From a virus (lineage: Duplodnaviria > Heunggongvirae > Uroviricota > Caudoviricetes), in IMG/VR virus record IMGVR_UViG_3300020735_000006, positions 1 through 35,949 of that record: a DNA stretch of 35,949 nt. One strand, given 5' to 3'. The position numbers were made by a program, and so were the translations under genes. Numbering within the stretch: position 1 is the stretch's first letter; every line of letters begins with the position of its first letter. Shown here piece after piece: positions 21,319-28,863 of this stretch. Under the pieces are notes generated by a model that searched no databases, was not told the DNA's origin, and saw only the letters and a program-made list of their open reading frames with translations.

Positions 21319-22056
21319 ATGAAAATTGTAATTGTAACAGGCGGGTATGATCCTATACATAGCGGCCACATTAGATATCTAAATGCCGCACGAGAACTAG
21401 GCGATTGGTTACTAGTTGGCATTAATAGCGATGCATGGCTAGAGCGCAAAAAAGGCCGTGCATTTATGCCCTTTGCAGAACGTGAAGCAATACTGTACAA
21501 CATAAAGTCGGTAAATGCTGTCCGTGAGTTTGATGACTCAGATGGTAGTGCGTGTGATCTACTTGAATGGGTTAAGACAAACTTTCCCTACGCAGAAATC
21601 ATATTTGCCAATGGCGGCGATCGAACACAAGAGAACATTCCCGAAATGCGAGTGGAAGGTGTTACATTTGCGTTTGGTATTGGCGGCGAAGATAAGGCCA
21701 ATAGCAGTAGTTGGATCCTTGAGGAGTGGAAAGCACCCAAAACTCAACGTTCTTGGGGATATTACCGTGTATTACATGATGTAGAAGGCACCAAAGTTAA
21801 AGAGCTTACAGTTGACCCGGGTAAAAGCCTAAGTAATCAATCACACGCCGAGCGTTCGGAATACTGGATAGTAACAGAGGGACGGTGCACAGTTAAATTA
21901 GAAGGTCAAGCTCCGCAAGAATTGGGTAAGCATGATACTATTTGTATTCCCGTTAATGCATTACATTTATTGGCTAATCCATTTACAGAACCCTGCAAAA
22001 TAGTAGAAATACAATATGGCGTTCGTTGCGTGGAAGAAGATATAAAGCGTAGATAA
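21319..22056 (+). CDS. Cytidylyltransferase (HxGH) fused to mannose-6-phosphate isomerase-like cupin
   Basis: VTGGYDPIHSGH, VGINSD, FANGGDR; C-term RSWGYYRVL, LSNQSHAERSEYW, IVEIQYG. Confidence 0.85.
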   Translation: MKIVIVTGGYDPIHSGHIRYLNAARELGDWLLVGINSDAWLERKKGRAFMPFAEREAILYNIKSVNAVREFDDSDGSACDLLEWVKTNFPYAEIIFANGGDRTQENIPEMRVEGVTFAFGIGGEDKANSSSWILEEWKAPKTQRSWGYYRVLHDVEGTKVKELTVDPGKSLSNQSHAERSEYWIVTEGRCTVKLEGQAPQELGKHDTICIPVNALHLLANPFTEPCKIVEIQYGVRCVEEDIKRR

Positions 22057-22063
22057 ATACTAG

Positions 22064-23728
22064 ATGCGTAATTTAATTGATATCCTAGGCCAACCCGAAA
22101 TACTATCTGAAGCAATGATGCTTGCTAAAGAGTGGAATAAAGAAAAATACTGGACAGCGTTTGTAGATAATCTACGTACTGGACAAACAACTTTTAATTT
22201 TAAACTTAAAACTTCTGATCTTGTTCCTGGTAGTATTACAAATGCCGACGAAGTGGTTGAAAGAGTAGAATATGCATTTAATGGTAACTTTTCACCTGCT
22301 ACCAGAAATGACCTACTAAAAGCAATTACAGTTAAGGCAGTTGAGTTAGATGATGAAGATCAACCAATTGAAGGTAAAGAATTCGTGGCAAGACTTAGTC
22401 AAATAGCTAAGGATGAAAAAATCACCGGCGAACTAAAGCCCAACATGGGCGATATTGCCGAGGCGGTACTAGGTTGTGCTGTTACTGCTAAGTTTGAAAA
22501 ACTTGGTGCAGAAATTTCAGTAGATGATGCCAAGGCAGTAGGTCGTCGTGTAGCAGAAGCCGGCGGAGCAATAACAGGACTAGCTGGTAAAGACCAATTA
22601 TACTTTAGAGTAAGCATACCTACTATTTCTAAAAAAGCCTTTTATGCATTCCTTGACAAAGACCCGCGAGGCAAAACATTAAAAGATTATAATATTCCTG
22701 CAGAAAAAGTTGAGAAATTTAATAGCTATCTTACCAGTGCAGTAGAGTATGCTAATACATCAAAGCGTGTGTTTGCAGCTATACAACGTGCTCGGGAAGA
22801 TAAACGAAAAAACAAAGTTGACGTTATCAGTGACGGTGGCGAAAAAGCCAATCAGAGTGTTACTAAAGTCGACTTGAAAGTATTAGTTGACGGAACTAGC
22901 ATGAACCTATTAAGTATTAAGGCAGGTACAGTAAGCCAATTTGGGCAAGTTTCTGGGTATAACTATTCTCACTTAGCTGAATTTTTTGCTACCACAGTTG
23001 GTCTTAAACTAACCGATGCAGTTAAAAAGAAATTTGTTGAAGTAGCCAAAGGGGCTCGCGGCGAGGAAGCATTCAAACAAAAAATGAAAAATTATACCAA
23101 TGGGGTTAGAGCAGCCTACGGTGAAATTTTTAAACAACTTAATGCAATGTCCAAGACTGATCCTGCTAGTTTAATTAAACGTGTATACGCAGGCACATTG
23201 TTTCATCTGACTAGAGGCGAAGCTGGTGTTGAGATGGTAATTTTAGAACCTAGCGCAAAGAAAGCGTTTTCTGAATTATCATTCGGTCCAGAGTTCCGTA
23301 AAGCACTAAACCAATTACAATTATTTGTTGAAGAAGCGCATACCCCTACAGAATATTATCTACACGTCTACGGAATTCCAAAAACAGACGTAGCAAGAAA
23401 AGTATTTAAATCCAAAGAGCGTTTGGTTACTTTAAAATCAAGAGTCGAGGGTGCAACCAAGTTTCATAATACAATTGGTATGGGTTCATTGCTTAAAGAC
23501 CTAGCAGACATTGAAAAGATTATTCAGCGACCAGCAAAGGCCGTACCAAAAACTGCTCCAGTTGCACGAGCACCAGTTGCTCAAAAGCCGCCAGCGATCC
23601 CTCCTCGCCCAACTAAACCCCCAGTAGCACAAGCACCAATGCCAGCACCAAATCCAGAAATGGACGAACCTGTTGCTGAACCACGCGGTCGCAGAACCAC
23701 TGCCCAAACGGTAAGACCGCGCCGGTAA
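22064..23728 (+). CDS. Hypothetical protein with Pro/Ala-rich tail
   Basis: 554 aa after GATAAATA; KVDL...LLSIK may be a nuclease-like motif (weak). Confidence 0.6.
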   Translation: MRNLIDILGQPEILSEAMMLAKEWNKEKYWTAFVDNLRTGQTTFNFKLKTSDLVPGSITNADEVVERVEYAFNGNFSPATRNDLLKAITVKAVELDDEDQPIEGKEFVARLSQIAKDEKITGELKPNMGDIAEAVLGCAVTAKFEKLGAEISVDDAKAVGRRVAEAGGAITGLAGKDQLYFRVSIPTISKKAFYAFLDKDPRGKTLKDYNIPAEKVEKFNSYLTSAVEYANTSKRVFAAIQRAREDKRKNKVDVISDGGEKANQSVTKVDLKVLVDGTSMNLLSIKAGTVSQFGQVSGYNYSHLAEFFATTVGLKLTDAVKKKFVEVAKGARGEEAFKQKMKNYTNGVRAAYGEIFKQLNAMSKTDPASLIKRVYAGTLFHLTRGEAGVEMVILEPSAKKAFSELSFGPEFRKALNQLQLFVEEAHTPTEYYLHVYGIPKTDVARKVFKSKERLVTLKSRVEGATKFHNTIGMGSLLKDLADIEKIIQRPAKAVPKTAPVARAPVAQKPPAIPPRPTKPPVAQAPMPAPNPEMDEPVAEPRGRRTTAQTVRPRR

Positions 23729-23733
23729 ATCGT

Positions 23734-23762
23734 TTGACCTTTAATTCTCAATAGTATATAAT
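23734..23762 (+). promoter_or_regulatory. Sigma70 promoter opening the RNA island
   Basis: TTGACC-17 nt-TATAAT. Confidence 0.8.
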
Positions 23763-23774
23763 AGTTACTTAGTA

Positions 23775-23849
23775 GGGCCTTTAGCTTAATGGTAAAGCAA
23801 TCGACTCATAATCGATGGAGTGAAAGTTCAATTCTTTCAAGGCCCACCA
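23775..23849 (+). tRNA. tRNA with CAT anticodon, Ile2-like
   Basis: Cloverleaf, loop CTCATAA, encoded CCA; resembles lysidine-type Ile2 tRNAs. Confidence 0.85.
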
Positions 23850-23874
23850 GATTTGAAGTATAAATAGAAACACC

Positions 23875-23959
23875 GCCTCGATGGTGGAATTGGTTTACAC
23901 AGCGGTCTTAGAAGCCGTCCCCGAAAGGGTTGAGAGTTCGAGTCTCTCTCGAGGCACCA
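23875..23959 (+). tRNA. tRNA-Leu(TAG)
   Basis: Loop CTTAGAA, long variable arm, CCA. Confidence 0.9.
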
Positions 23960-23981
23960 CACAATTCAATTAGGAAATATT

Positions 23982-24431
23982 ATGTCAATTACATTAGAAA
24001 ACTTAAAATCGGCATTTGCAGGTGAGTCGCAAGCATTTACCAAGTATATGTATTTTGCTAAAATCGCACGTGCAGAAGGTAATGAAGATATTGCTCTACA
24101 TTTTGAACATACTGCCGGTCAAGAACTATTACATGCACACGGACATTTAGAATTATTAGTAAGCAAGCCAACTACAGCTGAATGTTTGCAAATGGCAATT
24201 GATGGCGAAACGGAAGAGTTTACTCATATGTACCCAACAATGCTTAAAGAAGCTGTTGAAGAAGGTAATATTGTTGCTGCACTCGAAGCACAAACACAAA
24301 TTGACGAAAGCAAAGAACACGCCGACGAATTTACCACTATCCTTGCCAAAGCAGAAAAGCGTTTTGCTGCATTAGCAAAAGTTGAGAAGCGTCATGCAGA
24401 AGCGTATCAATCAAAATTGGAGACACTATAA
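23982..24431 (+). CDS. rbr: Rubrerythrin (ferritin-like domain only)
   Basis: NLKSAFAGESQAFTKYMYFAKIA, ExxH di-iron motifs (ELLH, EKRH), AIDGETEEFTHMYP. Confidence 0.9.
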   Translation: MSITLENLKSAFAGESQAFTKYMYFAKIARAEGNEDIALHFEHTAGQELLHAHGHLELLVSKPTTAECLQMAIDGETEEFTHMYPTMLKEAVEEGNIVAALEAQTQIDESKEHADEFTTILAKAEKRFAALAKVEKRHAEAYQSKLETL

Positions 24432-24559
24432 TGGAACATGTTTGTATTGTATGTGGACACGTTCACAATGAAGCAGTAGAAGGCGTATGGGACGAATTAC
24501 TAGAGAATTTTGAGTGCCCAGAGTGTGGTTGCGGTAAAGAAGATTACGTAGTACAATAA
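24431..24559 (+). CDS. Rubredoxin, 42 aa (not in ORF track)
   Basis: MEHVCIVCGHVH...WDELLENFECPECGCGKEDY, two CxxCG motifs; TAATG coupling to rbr. Confidence 0.88.
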   Translation: MEHVCIVCGHVHNEAVEGVWDELLENFECPECGCGKEDYVVQ

Positions 24560-24568
24560 GCATTGAAT

Positions 24569-24653
24569 GGGATCGTGGAGAAATTGGTATACTCAGGAGA
24601 CTTAAAATCTCCCGTCGCAAGACATGGCGGTTCAAGTCCGCCCGGTCCTACCA
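24569..24653 (+). tRNA. tRNA-Leu(TAA)
   Basis: Loop CTTAAAA, variable arm, CCA. Confidence 0.9.
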
Positions 24654-24681
24654 TTAACATTCTTTCTAGCCAGTTGCATTA

Positions 24682-25311
24682 ATGAAATCTATCTTTATAC
24701 TGTACCTTCCAGGATATGCAGGTAATTTTTTAACCAGACTATTCAGCCTAGGAGCAGATACAGTACCGCATCTACCTAAAGATGAACTAACTAAAGCAGT
24801 AGATTTGGGTTGCCTCCCAGATATGGCAAACAAAATACAGTGGTATCGATTCTCAAAAGTAAATCAAACATTTGAAAATTGGCAAGAGTTTCATCGAAGT
24901 TGGCCCGATTTTTATGATAGAGAATTATTCGAAGAGTACATACAACTACTAGATCCTACTCCGGGTAATATTGTTTATAGCATACACCCCCATGAATTTG
25001 ATATATTTTTGAAAGATATAACATCAATTGAGGATCGGCAGTTATTTTATGTCGAATTGGACCTAACAAAATATGCAGAATGGTTAGCTACAGCTACACT
25101 TAAACTTGGGTTTGTTTGTAGACCAAATGAAGTTGCACAGCTAAATCATTTTTGTAAATTTGACATGGAACCGATTAGTTTAACTTCTATGTTAGACTCT
25201 GAAGAATCATTTATAGAAGAATATCATAGGGTATGTGATCTAATGTCACTTGCTAAAGTTACTAGTAGTGCAGTAGAATTATATCGAGATTGGACAAGTA
25301 TTAGAGGTTGA
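24682..25311 (+). CDS. Hypothetical accessory protein (YxxGxxGxFL family)
   Basis: FILYLPGYAGNFL N-terminus like ORF 12015. Confidence 0.6.
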   Translation: MKSIFILYLPGYAGNFLTRLFSLGADTVPHLPKDELTKAVDLGCLPDMANKIQWYRFSKVNQTFENWQEFHRSWPDFYDRELFEEYIQLLDPTPGNIVYSIHPHEFDIFLKDITSIEDRQLFYVELDLTKYAEWLATATLKLGFVCRPNEVAQLNHFCKFDMEPISLTSMLDSEESFIEEYHRVCDLMSLAKVTSSAVELYRDWTSIRG

Positions 25312-25336
25312 CAGATAAATAACTTTAATGTACAAT
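25308..25336 (+). promoter_or_regulatory. Sigma70 promoter
   Basis: TTGACA-17 nt-TACAAT. Confidence 0.8.
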
Positions 25337-25400
25337 CAGTGCATTAGTTAACAAAGTTTTACAAAAAGGATAAATAAATTACTGACAGCCAAATTGGTGG

Positions 25401-25429
25401 TTGACAGTAAAAGATCAATAAGCTACAAT
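25401..25429 (+). promoter_or_regulatory. Sigma70 promoter of leader peptide
   Basis: TTGACA-17 nt-TACAAT; ATG 10 nt after the -10 box. Confidence 0.8.
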
Positions 25430-25438
25430 AGATATATT

Positions 25439-25594
25439 ATGAAATTACAGAATTTTAAACAGTCCGTACAACATACGCAACCAGCAGGGATGTCAGCCTA
25501 TTGGTCAGTGAATTGTGCGCCGGCGATGTTTAATAGTAATTCAGATCGCGGCACAGAGATTAGAAGTAGGGTCCACGGAGTTATGGTTAGTTAA
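25439..25594 (+). CDS. Putative attenuator leader peptide, 51 aa, contains all 20 amino acids
   Basis: Stop codon lies at apex of antiterminator hairpin; near-leaderless start. Confidence 0.65.
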   Translation: MKLQNFKQSVQHTQPAGMSAYWSVNCAPAMFNSNSDRGTEIRSRVHGVMVS

Positions 25595-25629
25595 GTAAAA
25601 ACAAATCATAAAGAACTTTAAGGACCCTA
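25567..25629 (+). promoter_or_regulatory. Antiterminator hairpin
   Basis: TAGGGTCC(25567-74)/GGACCCTA(25622-29) plus inner TTATGGTT/AATCATAA; overlaps terminator 5' arm. Confidence 0.7.
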
Positions 25630-25654
25630 GGATATAAAAACCCTAGGGTTTTTT
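25624..25654 (+). terminator. Attenuator terminator
   Basis: ACCCTAGG/CCTAGGGT stem followed by T6. Confidence 0.85.
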
Positions 25655-25671
25655 GTTATTAGGAACAGTAT

Positions 25672-25827
25672 ATGAATGTAAAGAACATTAGAGAGTTTAC
25701 TGGCTTGGTTCTTTCAGCAGAGCAGAAGGTTGAACTGATGGAAGCCAAAGTTAGGCGAGCCGAAGCACATATTAAGAGTTTAGCAGAACAAGCTAAACTA
25801 CTTGAAAAAGCTCGAGCTCGTAGATAA
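25672..25827 (+). CDS. Small basic coiled-coil hypothetical protein, 51 aa (not in ORF track)
   Basis: AGGA RBS; MNVKNIREFTGLVLSAEQKVELMEAKVRRAEAHIKSLAEQAKLLEKARARR. Confidence 0.55.
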   Translation: MNVKNIREFTGLVLSAEQKVELMEAKVRRAEAHIKSLAEQAKLLEKARARR

Positions 25828-25929
25828 GAAGTAAGTGTTAACAGGAAACGAGATCCTATGCTACACTATAAACAAGCATAAATGGGCGGAACTAAGGATG
25901 GAGCACCTCGTGTGGTGTGAAAAATCTAG

Positions 25930-26048
25930 TTATAGTAAAGTACTTTGGATGACCATCTGGCGAGAGAAGCAGGCCGCATCGACCGCGGCTGACAAGTACA
26001 TAACGCACGAAAAAGTGTAAAATGTATACCCAGAGTACTTTACTATAA
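25930..26048 (+). repeat. Inverted-repeat-boxed RNA cassette, divergent outlier (element 0)
   Basis: TTATAGTAAAGTACTTTGG/CCAGAGTACTTTACTATAA, 19 bp with one G-U. Confidence 0.7.
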
Positions 26049-26053
26049 ACAAC

Positions 26054-26138
26054 GCACAAGCGGCTAAGTTGGAGAGTGGCGGCTGACTGTAAATCAGTTC
26101 CTTAGGGTGAATAGGTTCGAATCCTATCTTGTGCACCA
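26054..26138 (+). tRNA. tRNA-Tyr(GTA)
   Basis: Loop CTGTAAA, variable arm, CCA. Confidence 0.9.
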
Positions 26139-26160
26139 ATTGAAGTATAAGTAAGTATAT

Positions 26161-26234
26161 GCGGGTATGGTGTAATGGTAACCCGAGACCTTGCCAAGGT
26201 TTAGTTGAGAGTTCAATTCTCTCTACCCGCTCCA
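26161..26234 (+). tRNA. tRNA-Gly(GCC)
   Basis: GCGGGTA acceptor, loop TTGCCAA, TCCA end. Confidence 0.92.
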
Positions 26235-26250
26235 ACTTTAATAAAATATA

Positions 26251-27108
26251 ATGCCGAGTAGATTACTCTTTGTTGGATGTAACAAAATAATAGATTCAGT
26301 TATTAGTTTACAATTTGACAAATACCTAACACCTAAACCTAGTAAGACTATAATTTACCTAGGATCGCGTGAACATGGGGTACGTAACGATATTGATTTG
26401 CTTGGGTTATACCAACAGTACAACATAGATACCACAAATTTTAGTGTAGTACACGATTTAGATTTATTAGATACATACAAGAATATACGTCTAATTAATT
26501 TATTTCAACCATGGATTTTACAACAACTTTTAAAATTGATGGCAGTTGACACATGCAACGATAATAAAATATTAATTCAAGACAGTGATATTATATTGTT
26601 GAAACCTTATGTTTATTTTGAAAACAATATACCTGTACCATTTAAATTTGAGAATATGTCACACTCTGCAGGATATTACAAATACGTTGAAACATTTACT
26701 GGACAGTTAAGACAAACCGAAGATTGTTTTGTTACAGACTTTATGCCGTTTCGTAAAAGCGACTGGCAATCTCTAAAACAACACATTGAGCAATCATACA
26801 GAACAGATTGGTTAACAGCAATAACAACTCAATTTAAAAAGGATCACCCATATCCAAAAGGTAATATAGCGTTTAGTGAGTATGAATTGTTAGGTAATTG
26901 GTTGTTAATCAATTATCCCGATCTTAAAACAGTACAACAGTATCATTATCCGTTAACAGCAGAACGTACTAGATTTATAAAGAACAAAAATTTTGAGTTA
27001 AGTGATTTTAAAAAAGAATCATTTGACAGTATTGCTATAAAACTATATAATGATGACATAAGACTTAGTCTTGATGATGTAGATTATATAGTAAAGTATT
27101 TTACATGA
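26251..27108 (+). CDS. Glycosyltransferase-like protein (GT-A DxD; DUF6492-like)
   Basis: WILQQLLKL, ILIQDSDIILLKP, FSEYELLGNW. Confidence 0.6.
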   Translation: MPSRLLFVGCNKIIDSVISLQFDKYLTPKPSKTIIYLGSREHGVRNDIDLLGLYQQYNIDTTNFSVVHDLDLLDTYKNIRLINLFQPWILQQLLKLMAVDTCNDNKILIQDSDIILLKPYVYFENNIPVPFKFENMSHSAGYYKYVETFTGQLRQTEDCFVTDFMPFRKSDWQSLKQHIEQSYRTDWLTAITTQFKKDHPYPKGNIAFSEYELLGNWLLINYPDLKTVQQYHYPLTAERTRFIKNKNFELSDFKKESFDSIAIKLYNDDIRLSLDDVDYIVKYFT

Positions 27109-27180
27109 GTCTCAAGTGTTACGGTAGCACAGCGGCCTCCAAAGCCTCAGGCCGGGGTTCGACTCCCTGGAGATTCGCCA
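27107..27180 (+). tRNA. tRNA-Trp(CCA)
   Basis: Loop CTCCAAA, GCCA end; first 2 nt overlap upstream TGA stop. Confidence 0.88.
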
Positions 27181-27198
27181 GATTAAAAAGGAAATAAA

Positions 27199-27759
27199 AT
27201 GAAATATTTGTATTATGTGTTTTACTTGCCAATGGCATTAGTTGATATATTGTTATCATATGTTATATCGTATCCACTTGCACCACTGTTGCCATTGTTT
27301 GCAACAGAACAAGACGGCCCACTAGATAATGGTGGTCATACAGGATTAGGACCAAGATTACCTAAGTGGCTTAATTGGTTTCAAACGCCCGACAATAGCT
27401 TGTATGGTGATGCCGGATTTATTGCTATTAATGGCCAAAGCTATTTGTCACAAGTTAAATGGTTATGGCGCAATCCGGCATATTCGTTTGCTATGAGTAC
27501 TGTAACAAGTCCTTATACTACAAGTTTTAGTGGAGATCCAACTATCAAGGATAATGATAATGCCCGAGCTGGCTGGTGCGTAGCCCATGTAAATGATTTA
27601 TTTTTACTTAGATTAGTTTTACCAATTGGATTTAGTCGTTGTATCTATTGTAACTTTGGCTGGAACATTATGGCCATTGTAGATCCTAATGTACAACCGA
27701 AGCCAACAACATGGCAAGCAACATTTGTATTCAGTCCTAGATTATCGGGATTTAGGTAA
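27199..27759 (+). CDS. Hypothetical phage protein
   Basis: AAGGA RBS; WFQTPDNSLYGD and WLWRNPAY motifs. Confidence 0.65.
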   Translation: MKYLYYVFYLPMALVDILLSYVISYPLAPLLPLFATEQDGPLDNGGHTGLGPRLPKWLNWFQTPDNSLYGDAGFIAINGQSYLSQVKWLWRNPAYSFAMSTVTSPYTTSFSGDPTIKDNDNARAGWCVAHVNDLFLLRLVLPIGFSRCIYCNFGWNIMAIVDPNVQPKPTTWQATFVFSPRLSGFR

Positions 27760-27769
27760 CAAGTTTTAT

Positions 27770-27843
27770 GCGGGATTAGTTTAGGGGCAAAACAGCAGAT
27801 TTCCAATCTTCGGTCATCGGTTCGATTCCGATATCCCGCTCCA
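27770..27843 (+). tRNA. tRNA-Gly(TCC)
   Basis: Loop TTTCCAA, TCCA end. Confidence 0.9.
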
Positions 27844-27866
27844 AGTTTTAAAGTAGTGTATTATGT

Positions 27867-27939
27867 TCCGAGCAAGCAAACACGGTGTAGGCGGCGGACT
27901 GTTAATCCGTTAAGCCTGGTTCGATTCCAGGGCTCGGAG
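27867..27939 (+). tRNA. tRNA-Asn(GTT), no encoded CCA, acceptor stem extendable to 17 bp
   Basis: Loop CTGTTAA; flanks TGTATTATGT/GCATAGTACA pair. Confidence 0.85.
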
Positions 27940-27952
27940 CATAGTACATTAT

Positions 27953-28027
27953 GGGGGTGTAGTGCTAATGGGAACACATCTGGTTTGCAACCAGAAATTG
28001 AGAGTTCGATTCTCTCCATCTCCACCA
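27953..28027 (+). tRNA. tRNA-Ala(TGC)
   Basis: G3-U70, loop TTTGCAA, ACCA. Confidence 0.92.
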
Positions 28028-28030
28028 TAC

Positions 28031-28105
28031 GGTAATGTAGCATAATGGTAGTGCTCCACCTTCATACGGTGTTCAGTGTAAGTTCGACTCTTACCATTAC
28101 CACCA
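28031..28105 (+). tRNA. tRNA-Met(CAT), elongator-like
   Basis: Loop TTCATAC, ACCA. Confidence 0.85.
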
Positions 28106-28117
28106 AATCTTTCCTAT

Positions 28118-28194
28118 TGCGGGAGAGTAAAACGGTTTAAACGTCAGTCTCATAAGCTGAAGACATCAGGTTCGACTCCTGCTTCCCGCAACCA
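28118..28194 (+). tRNA. tRNA-Met(CAT), initiator-like
   Basis: TGCGGGA/TCCCGCA ACCA resembles fMet ends but lacks three G-C anticodon-stem pairs. Confidence 0.8.
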
Positions 28195-28204
28195 ATTTAA
28201 TACG

Positions 28205-28248
28205 GCCCTCTTCTATCGCTTAACTGGATAGCTTGAGGGTTCTTTTTT
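28205..28248 (+). terminator. Terminator-like hairpin inside tRNA array
   Basis: GCCCTC/GAGGGT and CTATC/GATAG stems followed by TCTTTTTT. Confidence 0.55.
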
Positions 28249-28322
28249 GCCTCGGTAGTTTAAAAGTAGAACACCCTCCTTACAAGTGGAAGACGGCGGA
28301 GCATTACCGCAACGAGGTACCA
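28249..28322 (+). tRNA. tRNA-Val(TAC), non-canonical T-loop AGCATTA
   Basis: Loop CTTACAA, ACCA. Confidence 0.8.
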
Positions 28323-28329
28323 ACAATTT

Positions 28330-28404
28330 GCCCTATTATCCTTAATGGTAGAGGTCCTGTTTTGTAATCAGGGTGTGGAAGTTCGATTCTTTCATGGGGC
28401 ACCA
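28330..28404 (+). tRNA. tRNA-Thr(TGT)
   Basis: Loop TTTGTAA, ACCA. Confidence 0.88.
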
Positions 28405-28504
28405 AGTTTTGAAGAAGCCTGGTTTAAATCCGGCCCGCCGGGAAACGGTTAATAGTCCGTCCTAGCGGTAGATTAATAATTAATAAATCGTCAAATTTAA
28501 CAAT

Positions 28505-28579
28505 CTCAGTGTAGGCAAGTGGTATGTCGCTTGGTTTGGGACCAAGACGTCGAGTGTTCGATTCACTCCACTGAGACCA
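28505..28579 (+). tRNA. tRNA-Pro(TGG)
   Basis: Loop TTTGGGA, ACCA. Confidence 0.9.
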
Positions 28580-28587
28580 CAAACAAT

Positions 28588-28662
28588 AGCCGGTTAGCTC
28601 AGTGGTAGAGCAGCGCCTTGATAAGGCGTTGGCCGCAAGTTCAAATCTTGCACCGGCTACCA
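28588..28662 (+). tRNA. tRNA-Ile(GAT)
   Basis: Loop TTGATAA, ACCA. Confidence 0.92.
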
Positions 28663-28669
28663 AAACAAT

Positions 28670-28759
28670 AGTGAGTTGGGCGAGAGGCTTATGCCGTTAG
28701 TTTGCTAAACTGATGATCCCTAAAAAGGTCCGTGAGTTCGAATCTCACACTCACTGCCA
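28670..28759 (+). tRNA. tRNA-Ser(GCT)
   Basis: Loop TTGCTAA, long variable arm, GCCA. Confidence 0.9.
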
Positions 28760-28765
28760 TACACA

Positions 28766-28840
28766 GGGTCTTTCGTAGAATGGATATTACGCAACGCTAC
28801 GGACGTTGAAATGTGGGTTCGATTCCTGCAGGACCCGCCA
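28766..28840 (+). tRNA. tRNA-Arg(ACG)
   Basis: Loop CTACGGA, GCCA. Confidence 0.9.
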
Positions 28841-28863
28841 ATTTAAAATGAAAGGAGAAGGTA

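Noticed and set aside
1149-23707. Antisense and alternate-frame ORFs inside sheath, baseplate, uvsX, terminase and other genes
   Set aside because: Fully nested in well-supported genes and lack motifs
25835-26020. 61-aa ORF after the attenuator
   Set aside because: GTG start with weak RBS over a strongly base-paired region; better explained as RNA, though not excluded
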